A stretch of 64,000 nucleotides of DNA, taken from positions 14,976 through 78,975 of the forward strand of contig JBBIPP010000005.1 of the NCBI GenBank assembly GCA_037442745.1, read 5' to 3'. Source of the DNA: an archaeon (lineage in GTDB: Archaea; SpSt-1190; DYHY01). The first letter of the stretch is position 1. The number at the start of each line of letters is the position of its first letter. A program made the position numbers and the translations under genes. Of this stretch, positions 1 through 10,712 are shown piece after piece. The notes below the pieces were generated by a model. It ran no database searches, was not told the DNA's origin, and was given only the letters and a program-made list of their open reading frames with translations.

Positions 1-2
1 CC

Positions 3-311
3 TCGGATTCGGTAACAGTCCAGCAACAGCAGTCCGCCCAGGCCGAGGCTGTCGAAATAAACGATTTTATGCTGAAATTGGTCCAGGTAATTAACAAGCG
101 GTTCGGAAGTGTCAATTCCCAGATTAATTCTGCCCTGGCGAACGTTGCGAAAAAGGACGATGTCGAGACATTGAAAGCACAGCACAAAAAGGAGATTGAC
201 GCCCTGCAGTCGAGGCTCATTCTCCTTGAAAGCGACCTTCTTGCTTTCAAGAATTCGTCAAAGCCGGTCGAGCCAAAAGTCAACAAGAACATCCTGAAAC
301 ACTTGGAATGA
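3..311 (+). CDS. Coiled-coil hypothetical protein, probably 5'-truncated by window edge
   Basis: Frame of ORF 69..311 stays open back to base 3 (SDSVTVQQQQSAQAEAVEINDFM...); heptad-like helical composition. Confidence 0.6.
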   Translation, partial: SDSVTVQQQQSAQAEAVEINDFMLKLVQVINKRFGSVNSQINSALANVAKKDDVETLKAQHKKEIDALQSRLILLESDLLAFKNSSKPVEPKVNKNILKHLE

Positions 312-312
312 A

Positions 313-744
313 ATGGTCAGCCAGGCAACTGAACTAACTTCCCTCGTCCTCAAGCTATCTGAAATCCTCTCAAGGGAAGGGGAGGAAATCGAGTTAATCA
401 AGGCAGATCTCCGGGTATTGGCAGAAAGCGCGTCCCAGAACGTTTCCAAGTTAAAAGAAAGGCTCGCAAAGGCCGAGACTGCCCTGACAGAGGAACAGCC
501 GAAAGCAGTCTCCGAGCGGTTCTCAAGGGTTGAGGCGAAATTGGACGATGTTTTTTACAGGCTAGGCTCGATTAATTCCAAAATAGCAAAGCTCGAAAGA
601 AAAATTGAGGAAATTGAGCAGGGAGACGAAACTGATTCCAAATACGAGCGGGCAATCCAGACTCTCTCCGGGACTCTCTCGAAAATCCCAACAAATTCCG
701 GAAAACTTGACACCTCGATTCTCTCCGAACTTGAAGCGGACTGA
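313..744 (+). CDS. Coiled-coil hypothetical protein
   Basis: 143-aa ORF 1 nt after previous stop; L/E/K-rich heptads. Confidence 0.7.
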   Translation: MVSQATELTSLVLKLSEILSREGEEIELIKADLRVLAESASQNVSKLKERLAKAETALTEEQPKAVSERFSRVEAKLDDVFYRLGSINSKIAKLERKIEEIEQGDETDSKYERAIQTLSGTLSKIPTNSGKLDTSILSELEAD

Positions 745-786
745 ATTTTCGCCTAGAAGAGTATTTAAGTAACCTAAGAGGGGTAA

Positions 787-2520
787 TTGTCGGAAATGGT
801 CATAACAATCAACGATTTTCTCAGGGAAATGCAGCAAGAGACCCTTTCAGCCAAGGGAATTTATTTTGACGGAGAGAAAAACATCAAGGGGGAGAAGGTT
901 AAACCCTCGGGCCAAAACGCCAAATGGGGCTATTGGGGAAGATGGAACAACTGGGGAAAAGCCCACTGGCAGCCACATGCTTTGATTTTTGGTTCAACCC
1001 TTCCGGAACCAATCTACTATAACGTCGTTGACATGATGTGCGGGACAACAGGCCTTTGGTGGGACTATACCAAAATAAGGGAAGGAATGGCCGCAAGCCC
1101 AGCAAGCAGGGCGCACGGGGAAATTTTGGGAAGGCAGTCATTCCAGAGAAAGGACGCGAAAGAAATGCTTGCGACAGTCCAGACAATGAAAACCGTTATT
1201 CTCAACCTTGAAAGCGACCTTGAGAAAATAAAGGAGCAGAGGACAGCGTTCCATAATTCGAATGTCGAGCAAATCAAGGGCCTCTTCGTTGACAACTACG
1301 GCGGGCCTTCAAGGAGCTGGTCGGCTCTTGCGCATCAGGTCCCGATTGTGAAGAGCGCCCTTACCTGGTTCTACAGGCTGGAAGAGAAGACTCCGGAGCA
1401 ACTGAAAATGAAGAAGGATTCGGGGGAAAGCGATTCCGCGTTCAATTCCCGCTGGCAGAAGGAATGCCAGAAGGACATGGAAGCCCAAGTAGACGTTTTC
1501 GTCTCAAAGGAAGAATTGAACCCTGCTGTCGGAAACTATATGAAGAGGAAAATCCAGGAATACTGGACCTGGCGGAGCAATTACGGCTCGTTCATTAACA
1601 AAACTTACAACTCAATTATTCAGAACATCCGTCAGCAGAGGGCGAACCTCCAGCTCTACATGAAATGGGCGAAAAGGAACATCCAAGAAGCTGAGAATAT
1701 GTTCATTCCATATGAAGAAGTCGATAGCATCTACGGGATGTTTGCAGAAGAGTTTCCCCAATTCGCGCCGCTATTTTATACAGTAACTGACATGTTCTAT
1801 GACCCGGAAAAGAAATGGCCGATTGTTGTTGACCGGCTAAGACCGTGGGTCCCCTGCATGGCTTTCCAGCTCCTTATGACCTACAATCCGGACGTCCACG
1901 GGAACAAGTTCGTCAGAGGTTTCCTTGTAATGAGCTATGGCGTTATGAGCACTAGAAACAAGGGCATTTTGAAAGACAAACTCTCAAAGGAAAAAGCGAG
2001 CTTTATGGAAATAATGAAGACATATGGCGGGCTTTCCGATGACGAGATAAGGTCGTTGGGGCTGACTGAAACTGCTGACGAGAAGAAAGCACAGAAATAT
2101 GACGATTTGCTTTATGAAAAAGACCAGATCGAAGCAGTATCAAAAACGCACAATTTTTCAGATGACAAACAGAAAAGGCTTGAAGAAATAAAAAATGAGC
2201 TCCACACGCTGGGCCAACAAATCGGTCTTGACGAAATCGACAAGGGAAAGCCTCCGGCGGAAGCGAAGAAATCGATAATGAAGGAGTTTGAGGCGTGGTT
2301 CAATCCAGTTGTCAGAAAAGACAAGGAACTCTACTACGAGGCGTGGGAATGGAGGGAAACCTTCTTTGACAACTTGAAGCCGTTCCTAGCGTTCCTAGGT
2401 AACGAGGTCCCGAAACTCATGGACACCAGAAAGAGGCGCGCGTCTTGGTTTGCCTATAACACCTTCCACAAAGTCTATCACGGGCAAAAGGCGGCGAACG
2501 GTTGGCTGGATTATCTCTGA
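787..2520 (+). CDS. Large conserved hypothetical protein (resembles an uncharacterised DPANN family)
   Basis: 577-aa ORF; motifs EPIYY..V.DM, ASPASRAHGE, NLQLYMKWAK recall a DPANN-conserved protein (from memory, not searched); start may be ATG 796. Confidence 0.75.
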   Translation: MSEMVITINDFLREMQQETLSAKGIYFDGEKNIKGEKVKPSGQNAKWGYWGRWNNWGKAHWQPHALIFGSTLPEPIYYNVVDMMCGTTGLWWDYTKIREGMAASPASRAHGEILGRQSFQRKDAKEMLATVQTMKTVILNLESDLEKIKEQRTAFHNSNVEQIKGLFVDNYGGPSRSWSALAHQVPIVKSALTWFYRLEEKTPEQLKMKKDSGESDSAFNSRWQKECQKDMEAQVDVFVSKEELNPAVGNYMKRKIQEYWTWRSNYGSFINKTYNSIIQNIRQQRANLQLYMKWAKRNIQEAENMFIPYEEVDSIYGMFAEEFPQFAPLFYTVTDMFYDPEKKWPIVVDRLRPWVPCMAFQLLMTYNPDVHGNKFVRGFLVMSYGVMSTRNKGILKDKLSKEKASFMEIMKTYGGLSDDEIRSLGLTETADEKKAQKYDDLLYEKDQIEAVSKTHNFSDDKQKRLEEIKNELHTLGQQIGLDEIDKGKPPAEAKKSIMKEFEAWFNPVVRKDKELYYEAWEWRETFFDNLKPFLAFLGNEVPKLMDTRKRRASWFAYNTFHKVYHGQKAANGWLDYL

Positions 2521-2524
2521 AAAA

Positions 2525-2803
2525 CTATCTAGTCCAGCAGGAAAAGAGCTTTCTTGATTTCTCTGTCAGCACGTATTCTATTGAGACTGGCTTTCCTCCG
2601 GAAACCTTCCTTGAGACAAGCCCTTTCTTTTCGAGTTCGGCAAGCCTTCTTGAGAGGATCGATGGGTTTATTCCTTTGAGCCTTCTTTTCAGCTCGTTGA
2701 ACTTGCTCGTTCCATTGAAAATCTCCCCCATTATCGCGAGCGCCCATTTCTTCTCGAAAATCTCGAGCGTTTCAAATACCGAACATCCGACCTTGTGATC
2801 CAT
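2525..2803 (-). CDS. HxlR-family winged-helix transcriptional regulator
   Basis: C-x-V..TLEI..KKW..I, KFNELKRRLKGI....LSRRLAELE..GLV.R, VSIEYVLTE pattern. Confidence 0.9.
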   Translation of the reverse strand: MDHKVGCSVFETLEIFEKKWALAIMGEIFNGTSKFNELKRRLKGINPSILSRRLAELEKKGLVSRKVSGGKPVSIEYVLTEKSRKLFSCWTR

Positions 2804-2888
2804 TGAGGAAAGGGGCGTTTTCGGATTTAAAAAACAATATGTCGTAAAGATTAAAAACTCGATATATAATTAATACCTGGTTTTTGGA

Positions 2889-3677
2889 ATGGGAAGATAC
2901 GTCCTTGAGGTCAAAGGTCTTGTCGCATCAGTCGGCGAGAATGAAGGGAAGAAGAGGATATTGGATTCGCTATCGCTCTCAGTCCCCAAGGGCGAAATAC
3001 ACCTGATAATGGGCCCGAACGGAAGCGGGAAATCCACTCTCGCATATGTTCTCTTCAACCATCCGAAATATGTTGTCGAGTCCGGAAAAATATTTCTTGA
3101 CGGCAAAGACATCACAAATCTTGAGACTGACGAGCGCTCAAGAGCCGGGATGTTCCTTGCTCTCCAGCACCCGACGGAAATACACGGAGTGACGGTCTCG
3201 TCCTTCCTCCGTTCGGCAATTAACTTCAGGAGACCGAAAGACTCGCCAATTTCGATTCTTGAATTTGGGAAGAAAGTTGAGAAAGCGTGCAAAAGGCTCG
3301 GGATTGACCCTTCATTCATCTCGCGCGAGCTCAATGTCGGCTTTTCCGGGGGAGAGAAAAAGAGATTGGAAGTCCTCCAAGCGCTAGTCCTCGAACCGAA
3401 AATAGCCATTTTCGACGAGACGGATTCCGGACTGGATTTGGATTCCCTGAAAACTGTCGCAACGACAATCGAAAAAATGCGGTCAAGGGACTTCTCGGCA
3501 ATCGTAATTACCCACAACCCGCGCGTCCTGAAATATGTAAAGCCGGACAAAATACACATCCTTTCAGGCGGAAAAATTGTCCGTAGCGGAGGGAGGGAGC
3601 TTGCAAAAACCCTCGAGAATTCCGGCTATTCCTTCCTGAACGAGAAGTCTCCCCCGGCAAAAAGAGGGGGCAAATGA
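2889..3677 (+). CDS. sufC: Fe-S cluster assembly ATPase SufC
   Basis: GPNGSGKST Walker [23 protein letters not shown]. Confidence 0.97.
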   Translation: MGRYVLEVKGLVASVGENEGKKRILDSLSLSVPKGEIHLIMGPNGSGKSTLAYVLFNHPKYVVESGKIFLDGKDITNLETDERSRAGMFLALQHPTEIHGVTVSSFLRSAINFRRPKDSPISILEFGKKVEKACKRLGIDPSFISRELNVGFSGGEKKRLEVLQALVLEPKIAIFDETDSGLDLDSLKTVATTIEKMRSRDFSAIVITHNPRVLKYVKPDKIHILSGGKIVRSGGRELAKTLENSGYSFLNEKSPPAKRGGK

Positions 3678-3678
3678 T

Positions 3679-5103
3679 TTGCCGAAACCAAACATTGAGG
3701 AGCGAACACTCAATAAAATAGGCTCGAACTATCTGGAGAAATACGGCTTTCATGAAAAGGAAAAGTCGGTCTTCCGGACAAAGCGGGGCCTGACTGAGGA
3801 GACTGTCCGGGAAATCTCGAAAATCAAGGGAGAGCCTGACTGGATGCTTGAAATCCGCCTGAAAGCTCTCGAAATCTTCAGGAAGAAGTCGATGCCAACT
3901 TGGGGAGCGGATCTCTCCAAAATTGACTTTGGGAAAATAATCTATTATCTCAGGCCTCAGGACAAGAAAGAGGTGAAATGGGAGAATCTCCCGGAGGAAA
4001 TTAAGAGGACGTTCGACAAGCTCGGGGTCCCGGAGGCGGAAAAAAAGTTCCTCGGAGGAGTAGGCGCCCAGTATGAGAGCGAAGTTGTCTATCACAGCCT
4101 GAGAGCCGACCTGGAAAAGAAGGGCGTCGTTTTCCTTGACATGGATTCTGGCCTGAAAATGTTCCCGGATTTGTTCAGGAAATATTTCGGGCGGATTGTC
4201 CCGGCAGGAGACAACAAGTTCTCTGCCTTGAACACTGCAGTCTGGTCCGGGGGGACTTTTCTCTATGTCCCGAAAGGAGTTGATGTCGGAATCCCACTCC
4301 AGGCGTATTTCAGGATTAACGCAAAGAACATTGGCCAGTTCGAGCGGACATTGATTATTGCTGACGAGGGAGCAAAAGTCCATTATGTCGAGGGGTGTAC
4401 TGCCCCAATTTACTCGACAGATTCCTTGCATGCGGCAGTCGTGGAATTGGTCGCCCTCAAGGGCTCGAAAATAAGGTATACGACAATACAGAACTGGTCG
4501 TCTAACGTCTACAACCTCGTCACGAAGCGGGCATATGCTTACGATGATTCGACAGTTGAATGGATTGACGGAAACATTGGGAGCAAAATAACAATGAAAT
4601 ACCCATCAGTCTTCCTGATGGGCCCGAGGGCTCGGGCGGACATCCTCTCAATTGCGTTTGCCGGAAAATGCCAGCACCAGGACGCTGGGGGAAAAGTTCT
4701 CCATCTTGCGCCTGACACTTCATCGACAATTGTCTCGAAATCAATATCTCACTCCGGCGGAAGGGCGAGCTATCGGGGAAAGCTCCTCGTCCAGAAAGGG
4801 GCGAGGGGAATGAAAAGCTCGATTCGGTGCGACGCCCTTCTTGTGGACGAGAAAAGCAGGAGCGACACATATCCCGACATTGTTGTCAATGAAAAGGAGG
4901 CAACAATTGGTCATGAGGCGACTGTCGGAAAAATCGGGGACGAGCAGTTGTTCTATCTCGAGAGCCGGGGGGTTCCGAGGGACGAGGCAGTCTCCCTGAT
5001 TGTTATGGGCTTTATTGAGGGTTTCACAAAGGAGCTCCCGATGGAATATGCGGTGGAACTCAACCGCCTTGTCCGGCTGGAAATGGAGGGCTCTGTCGGC
5101 TAG
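3679..5103 (+). CDS. sufB: Fe-S cluster assembly protein SufB
   Basis: [52 protein letters not shown]; TTG start. Confidence 0.97.
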   Translation: MPKPNIEERTLNKIGSNYLEKYGFHEKEKSVFRTKRGLTEETVREISKIKGEPDWMLEIRLKALEIFRKKSMPTWGADLSKIDFGKIIYYLRPQDKKEVKWENLPEEIKRTFDKLGVPEAEKKFLGGVGAQYESEVVYHSLRADLEKKGVVFLDMDSGLKMFPDLFRKYFGRIVPAGDNKFSALNTAVWSGGTFLYVPKGVDVGIPLQAYFRINAKNIGQFERTLIIADEGAKVHYVEGCTAPIYSTDSLHAAVVELVALKGSKIRYTTIQNWSSNVYNLVTKRAYAYDDSTVEWIDGNIGSKITMKYPSVFLMGPRARADILSIAFAGKCQHQDAGGKVLHLAPDTSSTIVSKSISHSGGRASYRGKLLVQKGARGMKSSIRCDALLVDEKSRSDTYPDIVVNEKEATIGHEATVGKIGDEQLFYLESRGVPRDEAVSLIVMGFIEGFTKELPMEYAVELNRLVRLEMEGSVG

Positions 5104-5913
5104 ATGAGGGGCTTGGTTGAAATAAGAGTTCCCAAAGGAAAAACGCTCTCAAGGGATCTGAGGGTTTTTCCAGGGAGCGAAATACGGATTGCTCTTTCGG
5201 AAGGCGCGGAGGCCACAATTTTCCTTGATTTCCAAGATGCCGGAAAATCTTCAGCGAGAATTCTTCTCTGGAAGAACTCAAAACTATCCCTCTGCGAAAT
5301 AAAGGGAGCAAATGGGGAAGGAGTTGATTTTTCCTCGGAAATTGTCCTAAAGGAAGGCGCGGTTTTCAAGGGAGTGAATTCGGTTGTTTCCGGAAACAGT
5401 TCTGTTGAGAACAGGAAAATTTCCCTGGAAGGCAAGGGAGCTCTTGCAACGCAGAACGAGGTTTTCTGGGAAAGGGGAAAAGAAAGCCTCAAAAGCAACA
5501 TACTGATTGTCCACAAGACCCGGGACACTGAAGCGTTCGCATCCTCAAAAGGCCTCCTCTCAGAAGGTGGAGAAGCCCGCTCATTTGGCCTTGTGAAAAT
5601 AGAGAAAGGGGCGCAGAAAACTAACTCGTTTCTCTCCCAGCACGCAATACTTCTTGACAGCATATCCAAGAACGATTCCCTCCCTTCCCTTGAAATTGAG
5701 GCTAACGACGTGAAAGCGAGCCATTCTGCATCTTCCGGCCCTATTGACCCCGAATCAATCTTCTATCTTGAGAGCAGAGGGATTCCGAAGGAGACTGCAA
5801 TAAGGGAAATTGCTCTAGGATTCCTAATGCCAGAACTCGACATTCTCGGGGAAAGGGAAAAATCCCTCGTAACTGAAAGGCTTTTAGCCAAGTGGGGCCG
5901 GGAAGAAAAGTAA
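5104..5913 (+). CDS. sufD: SufD-like Fe-S assembly protein (short)
   Basis: PSLEIEANDVKASHSAS..IDPESIFYLESRGI; follows sufB. Confidence 0.9.
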   Translation: MRGLVEIRVPKGKTLSRDLRVFPGSEIRIALSEGAEATIFLDFQDAGKSSARILLWKNSKLSLCEIKGANGEGVDFSSEIVLKEGAVFKGVNSVVSGNSSVENRKISLEGKGALATQNEVFWERGKESLKSNILIVHKTRDTEAFASSKGLLSEGGEARSFGLVKIEKGAQKTNSFLSQHAILLDSISKNDSLPSLEIEANDVKASHSASSGPIDPESIFYLESRGIPKETAIREIALGFLMPELDILGEREKSLVTERLLAKWGREEK

Positions 5914-7121
5914 TGGCCGGATTTTCAGTTGAAGCCGTTCGGAAAGACTTTCCTCTGATTTCCGGAGGAAAAGTCGCGTATCTTGACAATGCCGCAACAA
6001 CTCAAAAGCCTGCCCAAGTCCTCGGGAAAATGGACTCCTTCTACAGGGAATACAATGCGAACGTTCATAGGGGGATACACAGACTTTCTGAAAAGGCAAC
6101 TGAGGAGTATGAGGGCGCGCGGGAGAAAATTGCCCGCTTCATTGGGGCGAAAAGCCCGAAGGAAATAATTTTCACTAAAAACACTACCGAGAGCATAAAC
6201 CTCCTCTCAAAAACTCTTCCTAAACTATCGGGGAAGAAGGGAACTGTTCTATCAACTGAAATGGAGCACCACTCGAATATTGTCCCTTGGCAGAACTCTG
6301 GGATGAGGTTCGATTATGTCCCGATAAACGGATGGGGTGGCGAGCTTGACCTCGACTCATTCGCGCTAAAGGCAAGAAATGCGTCGATCGTCACTCTGAC
6401 GCACGCTTCAAACGTTCTCGGGACAATAAATCCTGTCGGGAGGTTTGGCAGTCTTGTCCCAAAGGAAGCCTTCCTTATTCTGGACTGCGCGCAGAGCGTT
6501 CCGAATATGCCGGTAAATGTAGGGAAACTCGGGGCGGACTTTGTGGTGTTCTCCGGCCACAAAATGTGCGGGCCGACAGGGATAGGCGTTCTTTGGGGAA
6601 AGGAGGAACTTCTGGAAGAGCTTCCACCGTTCCTCTATGGAGGGGACATGATTTCCTCCGTTTCAATGAAGGGAGCTGAATGGAATTCCCTACCTTGGAA
6701 GTTTGAGGCAGGAACCCCTCCGATCGGGGAGGCAATTGGTCTTGGAGAAGCAGTAACATACTTGAAAAAACTTGGGATGGAACGCATTCATTCCCATGAG
6801 GAAAATCTCGTATCATATTGCATTAAAAGGCTCTCGGAAGAGATTCCAAGCGCCCGCATTCTCGGGTCCCTTGACGCCAAAAAACGGGGTGGTTTGGTCG
6901 CGTTCTCAATTGAAGGGATTCATCCACACGACATCTCTGCAATTCTCGACAACTTCAATGTAGCTGTGCGGGCGGGCTTCCACTGCGCCGAACCGGTCTC
7001 GAAAAAGCTCTCCCTTCCGGGGGGATCCACTAGGGCGAGCTTTTATTTTTACAACACCAGTTCAGAGGTCGACTTGCTTATTGACGGGCTGAAAAAGGCG
7101 GAGTTCCTCTTCAAAAAGTGA
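5913..7121 (+). CDS. sufS: Cysteine desulfurase SufS
   Basis: YLDNAATTQKP, EHHSNIVPW, FSGHKMCGPTG, RAGFHCA; ATG 5913 overlaps sufD stop (TAATG). Confidence 0.96.
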   Translation: MAGFSVEAVRKDFPLISGGKVAYLDNAATTQKPAQVLGKMDSFYREYNANVHRGIHRLSEKATEEYEGAREKIARFIGAKSPKEIIFTKNTTESINLLSKTLPKLSGKKGTVLSTEMEHHSNIVPWQNSGMRFDYVPINGWGGELDLDSFALKARNASIVTLTHASNVLGTINPVGRFGSLVPKEAFLILDCAQSVPNMPVNVGKLGADFVVFSGHKMCGPTGIGVLWGKEELLEELPPFLYGGDMISSVSMKGAEWNSLPWKFEAGTPPIGEAIGLGEAVTYLKKLGMERIHSHEENLVSYCIKRLSEEIPSARILGSLDAKKRGGLVAFSIEGIHPHDISAILDNFNVAVRAGFHCAEPVSKKLSLPGGSTRASFYFYNTSSEVDLLIDGLKKAEFLFKK

Positions 7122-7525
7122 TTTCCAGAAAAATGGACTATTCCGAATATCTCGTTGATTATTACCTCCATCCAAGGAACAAGGGAAAAATTGACAGGCC
7201 GTCCGCGAGCGCGGTGAAGTCAAACCCCCTCTGCGGAGACACTGTCTCAGTTGAGCTAAGGATTTCCAAGGCAGGTAAGGTGGAAACGGCCCGCTTCAGC
7301 GGAACTGGGTGCGCAATAAGCTCCGCTTCCGCATCAATCTTGATGGAGCATTTCGAGGGCAAAAGCACAAGGGAAATAAAGGGGGCGGACGGGAATAAGG
7401 TAAGGGCTCTCCTGGGAATTGAGATAAGCCCAGCAAGGGAAAAATGCGCGCTCGTCGCCCTTGAAGCCCTGAAAACGGCAGTCAGCGACTACGAAAAGAA
7501 GAAGGGGAAAGTGAGAAGAAAATGA
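7118..7525 (+). CDS. sufU: SufU/IscU-type scaffold or sulfur-transfer protein
   Basis: NPLCGD, GCAISSASAS, REKCA; alternative start ATG 7133. Confidence 0.9.
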   Translation: MISRKMDYSEYLVDYYLHPRNKGKIDRPSASAVKSNPLCGDTVSVELRISKAGKVETARFSGTGCAISSASASILMEHFEGKSTREIKGADGNKVRALLGIEISPAREKCALVALEALKTAVSDYEKKKGKVRRK

Positions 7526-8028
7526 AAATGAAGAACAGTTCCGCAAAATTAAGGGTTCCTAGGGCATCCCCTAAATACAAGGGAATAATCGGGGAGGGTG
7601 AAACTGCCCCGGACTTTTCCCTTTGGGCAAGCGACGGGAAAACCCACACGCTCTCCGAATTCAGGGGCAAGAAAGTTGTTCTCTATTTCTATCCAAAGGA
7701 CAACACTCCCGGATGCACTGTCGAAGCCTGCTCTTTTAGGGACGAGAACGCCAAGTTCCTGAAGAAAAAGGCGGTCGTTCTCGGAATAAGCCCGGACAAT
7801 TTCAGGAGCCATGCGGATTTTTCTGGGAAATACTCCCTTCCGTTCCTCCTGCTCTCGGACAGCGACCATTCAGTTGCAAAGGCGTATGGTGTCTGGCAAA
7901 ACAGGGGGATTTTCGGATGGGGAATCTCTCGCTCGACATTCATAATCGACGCCCGTGGAAAAATAAAGAAAGTAATTACAAATATCGTCCCGGAAGGGCA
8001 TGCGAAAGCCGTCCTGAAACTGGTTTGA
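7522..8028 (+). CDS. bcp: Peroxiredoxin, Bcp family
   Basis: VLYFYPKDNTPGCTVEACSFRD motif. Confidence 0.95.
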   Translation: MKMKNSSAKLRVPRASPKYKGIIGEGETAPDFSLWASDGKTHTLSEFRGKKVVLYFYPKDNTPGCTVEACSFRDENAKFLKKKAVVLGISPDNFRSHADFSGKYSLPFLLLSDSDHSVAKAYGVWQNRGIFGWGISRSTFIIDARGKIKKVITNIVPEGHAKAVLKLV

Positions 8029-8068
8029 TAATAAAACAATAAATACTCTTATTTCTGCCTTCAGCCCA

Positions 8069-9853
8069 ATGGCGGGCACTTCAACGGGAAAGACTGATTT
8101 GAGCATAATTATCGGGGGCCCTGCGGGATACGGGATTGCGCAGGCTGGCGCTCTTTTCTCAAAGGCGTGCACAAGGTCGGGCTATTTCGTTTTTGTCAAT
8201 AACGAATATCCTTCCCTTATCAGGGGAGGACATAACACTGTTCGGATGCGGATTCAAGACACCCCTTCTCTCGGGATATCTGATTCCTTAAACATTGTCC
8301 TCGCCCTTGACAGAAACGGGATAATCGAGCATTTGGACGAGCTCGCGGATGACGCAATAATTGTCTATGATTCCGATGAAGTGAAGGAAGATGATGCGAA
8401 AAAGGCTGTCGGGAAAACCCTCGTTCCAATGCCCCTGATAACCCTTGCCCGAGAGGTCGGGGGGGAGAAAATAATGAAGAACACTGTTGGCGTTGGCGCC
8501 CTCTGCGCAATAACCGGGCTTGGTCTAACTGAATTGAACCGGCTGATAAAGGAGAGTTTCGGGGAAAAGAAAGCTGAGATTTCTGAACTGAACATCAAGG
8601 CTGCCCTGTTGGGCTATGAAACAGCCCTCGGGAAATTTTCGGGCACATTAGGGGAGAAAAAAGCCGTCCTTGGAAAAATTGATTTGCCTGAAAAAAGGAT
8701 GCTTATTTCAGGAAACGAGGCAATTGCCCTCGGGGCAATGAGGGCCGGTTGCAGGCTCCTCTGCGCATATCCGATGACTCCTGCTTCCGCAATAATGCAC
8801 TATTATGCCTCGAACGAAAAGGAGGCGGGGGTTGTGATGAAACATGTGGAAGACGAGATTTCAGGGATAACAATGGCAATTGGCGGGGCCTATGCGGGCG
8901 CTAGGACAATGGTCTCAACATCCGGAGGGGGCTTCTCCCTTCAAACGGAGGGCTTGGGCCTTGCTGCAATTACCGAGACGCCCATTGTAGTAATTGAGGT
9001 CCAAAGGCCAGGTCCGGCAACTGGTCTTCCGACAAGAACGGGGCAAGCCGACCTTCATTTCGTGATAAACGCCCATCAGGACGAGTTCCCGCGGGTTGTT
9101 CTCTCCCCGGGAGACGCGAACGAGGCTTTCGCTCTCGCGTTCGATGCATTCAACTGGGCGGAGAGGTTCCAGGTTCCGGCAATAGTTCTCTCGGACAAGT
9201 ATCTTGCTGAGAGCCAGTTCACTGAAGCGCCTTTCCCCCACAAGCACATGAAAATAGACAGGGGTTTTATTGTTGATTCTGAATGGATTGAAAAAAACAA
9301 GCCTTTCCGGCGCTATCTTGCGTCAACTGAGAACGGAGTTTCTCCAAGAGTTCTTCCGGGGACGCCCGGGGGAATACACCGGGAGCCCTCGGACGAAAAG
9401 GACGAATTCGGAAACATTGACGAATCGCCCAATGCGAGAAAGCTCCAGGTTGAGAAGAGGGCGCGGAAATTCGAGGCAATAAGGAGGGAGATTCCGGCTC
9501 CTAACGTTTACGGCAAAACAGCGGGAGCGGAAGTTTCGTTCGTCGGCTGGGGTTCGACCAAAGGGGCGCTAATTGAGGCAATCGGTCGCCTAAGGGAAGC
9601 GGGAGTTGATGCCTGCGCAATTCATTTCACGCACGTCTGGCCTTTTCCGGAAAAAGCGGAAGAATTGCTAAGGGCTCAGAAGAAACTGGTTCTGGTTGAG
9701 GCGAATTCGACTGCGCAGTTGGGGAAACTGATAATGCAGGAGACTGGAATCAGAATCAAGGACAAGATTCTCAGATATGACGGACGGCCCCTTTCCGCGG
9801 GGAACGTTTTCAAGGGGTTTTCAAAAATTTCGAAAGAGGGGGGAAGAATCTGA
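8069..9853 (+). CDS. korA: 2-oxoacid:ferredoxin oxidoreductase alpha subunit (gamma-alpha fusion)
   Basis: EYPSLIRGGH, GNEAIALGA, AYPMTPAS, TSGGGFSL, RPGPATGLPT. Confidence 0.93.
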   Translation: MAGTSTGKTDLSIIIGGPAGYGIAQAGALFSKACTRSGYFVFVNNEYPSLIRGGHNTVRMRIQDTPSLGISDSLNIVLALDRNGIIEHLDELADDAIIVYDSDEVKEDDAKKAVGKTLVPMPLITLAREVGGEKIMKNTVGVGALCAITGLGLTELNRLIKESFGEKKAEISELNIKAALLGYETALGKFSGTLGEKKAVLGKIDLPEKRMLISGNEAIALGAMRAGCRLLCAYPMTPASAIMHYYASNEKEAGVVMKHVEDEISGITMAIGGAYAGARTMVSTSGGGFSLQTEGLGLAAITETPIVVIEVQRPGPATGLPTRTGQADLHFVINAHQDEFPRVVLSPGDANEAFALAFDAFNWAERFQVPAIVLSDKYLAESQFTEAPFPHKHMKIDRGFIVDSEWIEKNKPFRRYLASTENGVSPRVLPGTPGGIHREPSDEKDEFGNIDESPNARKLQVEKRARKFEAIRREIPAPNVYGKTAGAEVSFVGWGSTKGALIEAIGRLREAGVDACAIHFTHVWPFPEKAEELLRAQKKLVLVEANSTAQLGKLIMQETGIRIKDKILRYDGRPLSAGNVFKGFSKISKEGGRI

Positions 9854-10705
9854 ATGGCAACTCTTGGAGAGCTTTCGGCAAGGGTTCCTGACTGGTGCCC
9901 CGGATGCGGGAATTTCGCAATATTGAACGCTCTGAAAAAGTCGATTGTAGACCTGAAAATTGACCCGAAGGATTTCGTCCTGACTGCTGGGATTGGCTGC
10001 TCCGGAAAAACCCCCCAATGGCTGAACACATATTCAATACACACTCTCCACGGGCGGGCGCTTCCGGTTGCGACAGGAGTGAAGCTTGCGAACAGCGACC
10101 TGACAGTTGTTGTTTCCGGAGGGGACGGGGATGGCTATGGGATTGGTATTGGCCACTTTATCCACGCAATGAGGAGAAACATTGACATAACTTATCTTGT
10201 CCATGACAATCAGGTCTATGGATTGACAACCGGTCAGACTAGCCCAACAAGCGAAAAGGGCTATGTCTCAAAATCCACCCCGGCCGGAGTAATAGAGGTT
10301 CCTGTGAACCCTATCGCCCTTGCAATTGAATCTGGAGCAACATATGTTGCGAGAGCCTATGCTGGGGACTTGATGCACCTCTCGGGAATTATTACCGAAG
10401 CAATCAAACACAAGGGATTCTCCTTGGTTGACATTCTCCAGCCATGCGTCACGTTCAACAGGAGGAACACCTACGACTGGTTCCAAAAAGTCATCTACAA
10501 ACTCCCGTCAGAATACGACCCGAAAGACAGGCAAGCGGCGCTCCTGAAAGCGGAGGAATTTGGGGAAAAAACAGGGATTCCGATAGGAGTTCTCTACAGG
10601 TCAGAGAGGCCGACATATTCGGACGAAGTCCCTCAGTTGAAGACGCCGATTGTCAGGCAAAGCCTCGATATTGACATTGACAGGCTGATGGCGAAATTGG
10701 TCTGA
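9854..10705 (+). CDS. korB: 2-oxoacid:ferredoxin oxidoreductase beta subunit
   Basis: WCPGCGN, GIGCS, HGRALP, GGDGD, YGLTTGQTSPT. Confidence 0.95.
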   Translation: MATLGELSARVPDWCPGCGNFAILNALKKSIVDLKIDPKDFVLTAGIGCSGKTPQWLNTYSIHTLHGRALPVATGVKLANSDLTVVVSGGDGDGYGIGIGHFIHAMRRNIDITYLVHDNQVYGLTTGQTSPTSEKGYVSKSTPAGVIEVPVNPIALAIESGATYVARAYAGDLMHLSGIITEAIKHKGFSLVDILQPCVTFNRRNTYDWFQKVIYKLPSEYDPKDRQAALLKAEEFGEKTGIPIGVLYRSERPTYSDEVPQLKTPIVRQSLDIDIDRLMAKLV

Positions 10706-10712
10706 AAGCGCA

